A stretch of DNA of 64,000 nt from a virus. The DNA is taken from IMG/VR virus record IMGVR_UViG_3300005253_000070. The stretch is one strand, 5' to 3'. The notes beneath the pieces were generated by a model. The model was given only the letters and a program-made list of their open reading frames with translations. It was not told where the DNA came from and made no database searches. Shown here piece by piece: positions 59,933 through 64,000 of the stretch (within the stretch, counting starts at the first letter, position 1; each line of letters opens with the position of its first letter). The position numbers and the translations under genes are program-made.

Positions 59933-61306
59933 CTACATACCTGTCCAGATGCTGGCATAGTATTGCTGCAAGGAAGCTGGATGTGCAGCACGCTCGGCTG
60001 CTTCGTCCATCATTCTCTTGTCATGAGCTCTTTGAGCAAGAACAGCGTCAGGATCAGCTTCCTCTCCCCAAATATCTTCCCTGTCCTTAAACCAAAGACC
60101 GTATCTTAGAGCATCTGCTGCATTGTCGGACGCTTTGATCGGTTTCTTCGTGGCGGAGTCCCTCACATACCCAGGGATCTCTTTCAAGGAGAACTCACAG
60201 CGTGGATGCCAGCGAACGTGCGCAACACCTGCAGCGTTGCGGATCCACGAGGCCGTCCTCTTTATTCCTTCCTCCACACTGTGCGTCGCCTTGATAGTAT
60301 CAATGTTCTTGTTCCATAATCGCGATCGCAGCTCCGCTGCTGAGGAGTCCACGTAAGCTAAACCCGGAAGAGGCCATGGACGATCAAGTGCATTATCGAT
60401 GGAGATCTCTGGCAGCTCATACGTTGCTACATACTCGTCGAAAACATTGATAAAAGGAGGAATGATTTGCGCCATTAGGATGACTCTCGGGTGCCCTACG
60501 GTGAAGCCATCATCCACCCACCACTCAATAGGGACCCCAGAAAAGTAATCTGCTTTCTCTGTGACGTTTCTACCGGAAGGCTCGAAATCATCCCAAATGG
60601 CCCCATCCAAGGAAACAAACCCGCCAAGCAGCTCTTGCTCCCGCATCTTCCCTGTATACAGTCCCATGAGTGTCGCATAGTAGAAGGGATCGACATGCTG
60701 CTTGTTGTCTTCCGTAGTGACATGGAAATAGTCAACGACCTTCCCCTTGTATCCCAGCTCGTAAAGAATCTTTAGGACATCCTCATCAAAGATACCCTTA
60801 ACGAAGACATCGTATAGCCAATGAGCAATACCTGCGGGGGTTGTCGTGACCCACAGTTGGGGGTTAAGTCCAACGCGTATTCGAGCTGCAAGGATGTTGA
60901 AGGCTAAGCGAGTTCGCTTCCGTCCTCCCTCATCGAACCAAGCCCAATTAACATTTGGCCCTGCCCATCCCTTCTCTTTCTCAATTCCTCCGTAGTAGAC
61001 CAAGACCTCCTTTCCCCGAATGTTGAAAGTCATGATCTTCTTTTGGGTATGTGGGTGGTCCAGGTGTGCATTTGTACACAAAGACATTGGTGCCCACTTC
61101 AGAAACTCGGGAAAAGTGGACTTATACAGCTGGGGAAAATCGGGAGCAACGATGATCCCATCCTCCCCCTCACTGATCTTCTTGACCGCCTTCACAGCTC
61201 CAGCAGCAGTCTTACCACTCCCAACTCCTCCCATCAATCCTATGTATCTTGCTAGAGACAGTAGGAATTGCGATTGTGGAATTGAGGCGACAAATCGCTT
61301 AGGCAT
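59933..61306 (-). CDS. terL: terminase large subunit
   Basis: 457 aa. Walker A LMGGVGSGKTAAG, Walker B WAWFDEGG and a C-terminal nuclease-sized domain. Confidence 0.85.
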   Translation of the reverse strand: MPKRFVASIPQSQFLLSLARYIGLMGGVGSGKTAAGAVKAVKKISEGEDGIIVAPDFPQLYKSTFPEFLKWAPMSLCTNAHLDHPHTQKKIMTFNIRGKEVLVYYGGIEKEKGWAGPNVNWAWFDEGGRKRTRLAFNILAARIRVGLNPQLWVTTTPAGIAHWLYDVFVKGIFDEDVLKILYELGYKGKVVDYFHVTTEDNKQHVDPFYYATLMGLYTGKMREQELLGGFVSLDGAIWDDFEPSGRNVTEKADYFSGVPIEWWVDDGFTVGHPRVILMAQIIPPFINVFDEYVATYELPEISIDNALDRPWPLPGLAYVDSSAAELRSRLWNKNIDTIKATHSVEEGIKRTASWIRNAAGVAHVRWHPRCEFSLKEIPGYVRDSATKKPIKASDNAADALRYGLWFKDREDIWGEEADPDAVLAQRAHDKRMMDEAAERAAHPASLQQYYASIWTGM

Positions 61307-61318
61307 TGTCTACTTATG

Positions 61319-61645
61319 TTAAAGGTTCACGTTCTGCGGAAAGCCGCCGGGCAGCAACGCGAGCATCTGCGTGTTGGCATCATCAGCCTCATCAATGCCC
61401 CAGCCCTCAGCGATGCGCCGGAACTCGTCTACCAGAGCGGTCAACTTCTCGCCATCTGACCATGTGGGGTGCTCCGTGATGCTCAGCACCGTCCCGCCAT
61501 CCATCACCATCGTGCGATGTCCGTTAGGCACTAGCTCCCACACGGCGGGATCTTCCGAAACAAGCTTCTGAATCTGGCACATTAGGTGGATATTCCCATC
61601 CGCCGCTGCCTCGCTTTTTGTAATGTGTGCTCTATAGGTTGCCAT
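61319..61645 (-). CDS. hypothetical protein in small-terminase position
   Basis: ATG at 61645 lies 5 nt after AAGGAG and overlaps the upstream stop (TAATG). In frame with track ORF 61319..61798. 108 aa, acidic, with no DNA-binding motif seen. Confidence 0.45.
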   Translation of the reverse strand: MATYRAHITKSEAAADGNIHLMCQIQKLVSEDPAVWELVPNGHRTMVMDGGTVLSITEHPTWSDGEKLTALVDEFRRIAEGWGIDEADDANTQMLALLPGGFPQNVNL

Positions 61646-63987
61646 TACGGCTCCTTGATCACGGTGTCTATGTTCGTGCCGCCGCTGTTGAGCAGACCCC
61701 AGTAGAGGATCGTCGGCAGCACGGCAAAGTTCACTGGCTGATTGATCGTCGCTACTGGAATCCCAGCCACTGAGAGTTGCATGAAATGGCCGCGCCAATA
61801 CAGCTCCAAGAACAGTTCGTCATCTGCGGCCCATGCTCCAGCAGCAGCCCAGTTGACGGTTTGCGCGCCGCCGCCATCATCGAATCGCGTGTCTACTGTG
61901 TTGAGCACCGTCGCTCGTACCCGTGCATAGTTGGCTGCTGCGCCAAAGGCGTCTAGCAACGTGACCTCGGCGCCTTCCCAGAATGCCACCAGGTTGGCTG
62001 GCACATGTCTTAGTCTACCCCGCCACACGATATGCCCGCTTCGCGCTTTGAGCCGGTTAAGCACGGGCTGCGTCAAGGCGTCGTAGCCGTCTACCCGAAT
62101 GCCGCCTGATTCGAGGCTGTTTGCTTCGCTGGCGGGTGTCACCGTGAGGGCGACATCGTCTAGAGCGACCAAGTAGGCATCATCAGCATACCCAACTCCT
62201 GCGGTTTCCGCCTTGATAAGGGGACGCAGGTTATTGAACACGGATCGGAATATCGCACGCGTATCAGACCAAGCCGCAGCCGCTGTTGAAAGATAGGAAA
62301 ACAATGTTGTGGAATTCTGCAATAGCCCGCGGCTCGATGCCCAAGCCCCTATTCGTAACTGCCCAGACGAAGCATATGCCCATGTTCCCAGCATATAGAA
62401 TTGCCCACCAGCTACACCAGCATCAACATAAAGTCCCTCGCCTATCACGGCACCGCCAAGGAACTCTATACACTCACGTCCGCTATGAATGATTCCCGCA
62501 CCAGCGGTACTGGCTTGCGCATCACCGGGATCAAGTCCTTGATTTACCCACCCGTCTGGTATCCAAGGATTCCCCGCGCCCGTTTCGAGCGACGGGTTGT
62601 CGATCAGGTTCTCTTGGACCTCGCACTGATGAACATAAAGTGTACCTGCGTTGTTGGCCGACAGCACTTTAACGGAGATACTCACGCAGTCTGCGCCAAC
62701 ACCGTTGCGCGCTATCGTGGGTAGTTCGAAGCAGAACGTCTCCGCCCAGGGATGCCGAATCGCCAAATCCCATGTGATCGTAAACGTATCGCCGGTATCC
62801 CAATCATCATCCCCGCCGCCAGCGAGAGCAGCCGTGATTGTTAGCCCATCCCCACTGATAGCTGTGATTGTCCCGCTACTACCGTCCGCCGTATTATTGA
62901 TCGTCGCGCCCATCAAAGACTGTGGGAAATGACCCGTCGCATCTGTGAGCGTTGCGGAGCCATTTGCTCCTGTATGTGTGCCCGTATATGTTGGTCCATC
63001 GAATACAACAATGTCTGCGCCGTTGGTTTCGTCGTGTATCGTGATCCTCGGATGCACAGTGCCGTCAGAATGGACAACAGCACGCACGACGTAGTTCTCG
63101 CCAGCATCTAGGCCCGCAAGCGTCTGCGTGATCCCCTCATCCGCTGCGTCTACAGTGATTTGGTACCCGCCGGCCCCAAAGAGCTGATTAGCTGCGACAG
63201 CAATGTCAGCAGGGCCTGCGGAGGGTGTGCCCTCAGTCCCCCACGCACTCGCGCCGTAGGTCGTTTCCATCCAGGAATCGTCGAGCACCGCGCTTGAATG
63301 AGGATGCGACCACGCTTCGCCTGCGCCGGTGACGAGAGCGCCGGTGCTGCTGTCAGTGGGCATGGCGAACACCACGTCCCAGCTACCCGTCGTCAGCGTC
63401 GGGTCTGCGCCTGCGCCAGCGGCGTAGATGGCGGCAAGCTCATCTCCATTTCCGACGTCGGTGCCGTATGCGCCATCCCACAAGACACGGCGGTAGATCG
63501 TCAAGCCCTCGATGATTGCGTTGGCGGAATTGACCGGAATCTGAGTGGACCCAATGTAGGCCGGAGTGGCTGGCTGACCCAAAAAGGGCAGGTTTGCGTC
63601 CCGTCCGAAGCTATGGACATCATCAATAGAAATAGAAATTCTATTCGCGCCGTCTAGTGTGTTGGTCGCATCCCAACGGGCCACGATACAGTATGTGGTG
63701 CCAGCAGTCCATGCCGAAACGTCCACAGAATGTAGCGGCCCCGTGATATTGGCTATCCGTAGCCCCAGGAGCCCGGCGGCGGTCTTGTCCAGGCTCATCC
63801 AGTTGGTAGCCCACGGGCTTAACGCATGAACAAGGCCGTCGTCACCATCCCATTCGGGCGTAACCCAAAACACAATAGAGCCCTGCGTTTGGTCAAAGTT
63901 GGCGTACCACGTAGGGGCGACAACGCCAGCACCACGCGAGAACCTCGCGCTGTCCGGCGTCCCGCTCCCGTCCCATGCGCCCTGCAT
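61645..63987 (-). CDS. large ConA/LamG-like plus CBM-like carbohydrate-binding protein (start near window edge, unverified)
   Basis: 780 aa. The N-terminus (GSIVFWVTPEWDGDDG...ISISIDD...IEGLTIYRRVL) looks like a LamG jelly-roll. An internal segment NLIDNPSLETGAGNPWIPDGW is CBM4/9-like. G+C is visibly higher than in the rest of the window. Confidence 0.55.
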   Translation of the reverse strand: MQGAWDGSGTPDSARFSRGAGVVAPTWYANFDQTQGSIVFWVTPEWDGDDGLVHALSPWATNWMSLDKTAAGLLGLRIANITGPLHSVDVSAWTAGTTYCIVARWDATNTLDGANRISISIDDVHSFGRDANLPFLGQPATPAYIGSTQIPVNSANAIIEGLTIYRRVLWDGAYGTDVGNGDELAAIYAAGAGADPTLTTGSWDVVFAMPTDSSTGALVTGAGEAWSHPHSSAVLDDSWMETTYGASAWGTEGTPSAGPADIAVAANQLFGAGGYQITVDAADEGITQTLAGLDAGENYVVRAVVHSDGTVHPRITIHDETNGADIVVFDGPTYTGTHTGANGSATLTDATGHFPQSLMGATINNTADGSSGTITAISGDGLTITAALAGGGDDDWDTGDTFTITWDLAIRHPWAETFCFELPTIARNGVGADCVSISVKVLSANNAGTLYVHQCEVQENLIDNPSLETGAGNPWIPDGWVNQGLDPGDAQASTAGAGIIHSGRECIEFLGGAVIGEGLYVDAGVAGGQFYMLGTWAYASSGQLRIGAWASSRGLLQNSTTLFSYLSTAAAAWSDTRAIFRSVFNNLRPLIKAETAGVGYADDAYLVALDDVALTVTPASEANSLESGGIRVDGYDALTQPVLNRLKARSGHIVWRGRLRHVPANLVAFWEGAEVTLLDAFGAAANYARVRATVLNTVDTRFDDGGGAQTVNWAAAGAWAADDELFLELYWRGHFMQLSVAGIPVATINQPVNFAVLPTILYWGLLNSGGTNIDTVIKEP

Positions 63988-64000
63988 GATAGGCGCTGCC

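Overview
The window looks like most of a tailed dsDNA phage or prophage genome, arranged as two convergent arms. I saw no integrase, att site, tRNA, rRNA or CRISPR array.

Arm 1 (1-28556, + strand) holds about 50 tightly packed early genes, many with ATGA or GTGA start/stop overlaps and strong GGAGG-type ribosome binding sites (RBS). It contains:
- many small orphan proteins, including a 5-6 member zinc-ribbon paralog family;
- a TARG1/DarG-like macrodomain;
- two HNH-AP2 homing endonucleases;
- a RAMP-like protein, an ImmA/IrrE-type HEXXH peptidase and an ArsR-like wHTH regulator;
- a recombination/replication module: Cas4-like PD-(D/E)XK nuclease, Sak4-like ATPase, DUF669-like SSB, AEP primase-helicase, UDG4-PolA fusion, RuvC-like resolvase and SNF2 helicase.

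Arm 2 (28563-64000, - strand) is the late operon. In transcription order it reads:
- a LamG/CBM-like protein, a small protein, TerL, portal, protease/scaffold and capsid;
- a ~9.6 kb glycan-synthesis, methylation and sulfation cassette that also holds a third HNH-AP2 gene;
- a tail-tube candidate carrying a BNR propeller, a chaperone pair and a 1044-aa tape measure;
- baseplate/fibre genes with ConA-like paralogs, and a small membrane protein.

The most notable observations are:
- two 37-nt solitary CRISPR-repeat-like units ending in ATTGAAAC, one in each arm and each oriented with local transcription;
- a lone RAMP-like ORF next to a 480-bp repeat-rich non-coding region;
- a PAPS-synthesis/sulfotransferase/glycosyltransferase cassette embedded between head and tail genes.

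All functional calls come from motif recognition by eye. No database, HMM or folding computation was run.
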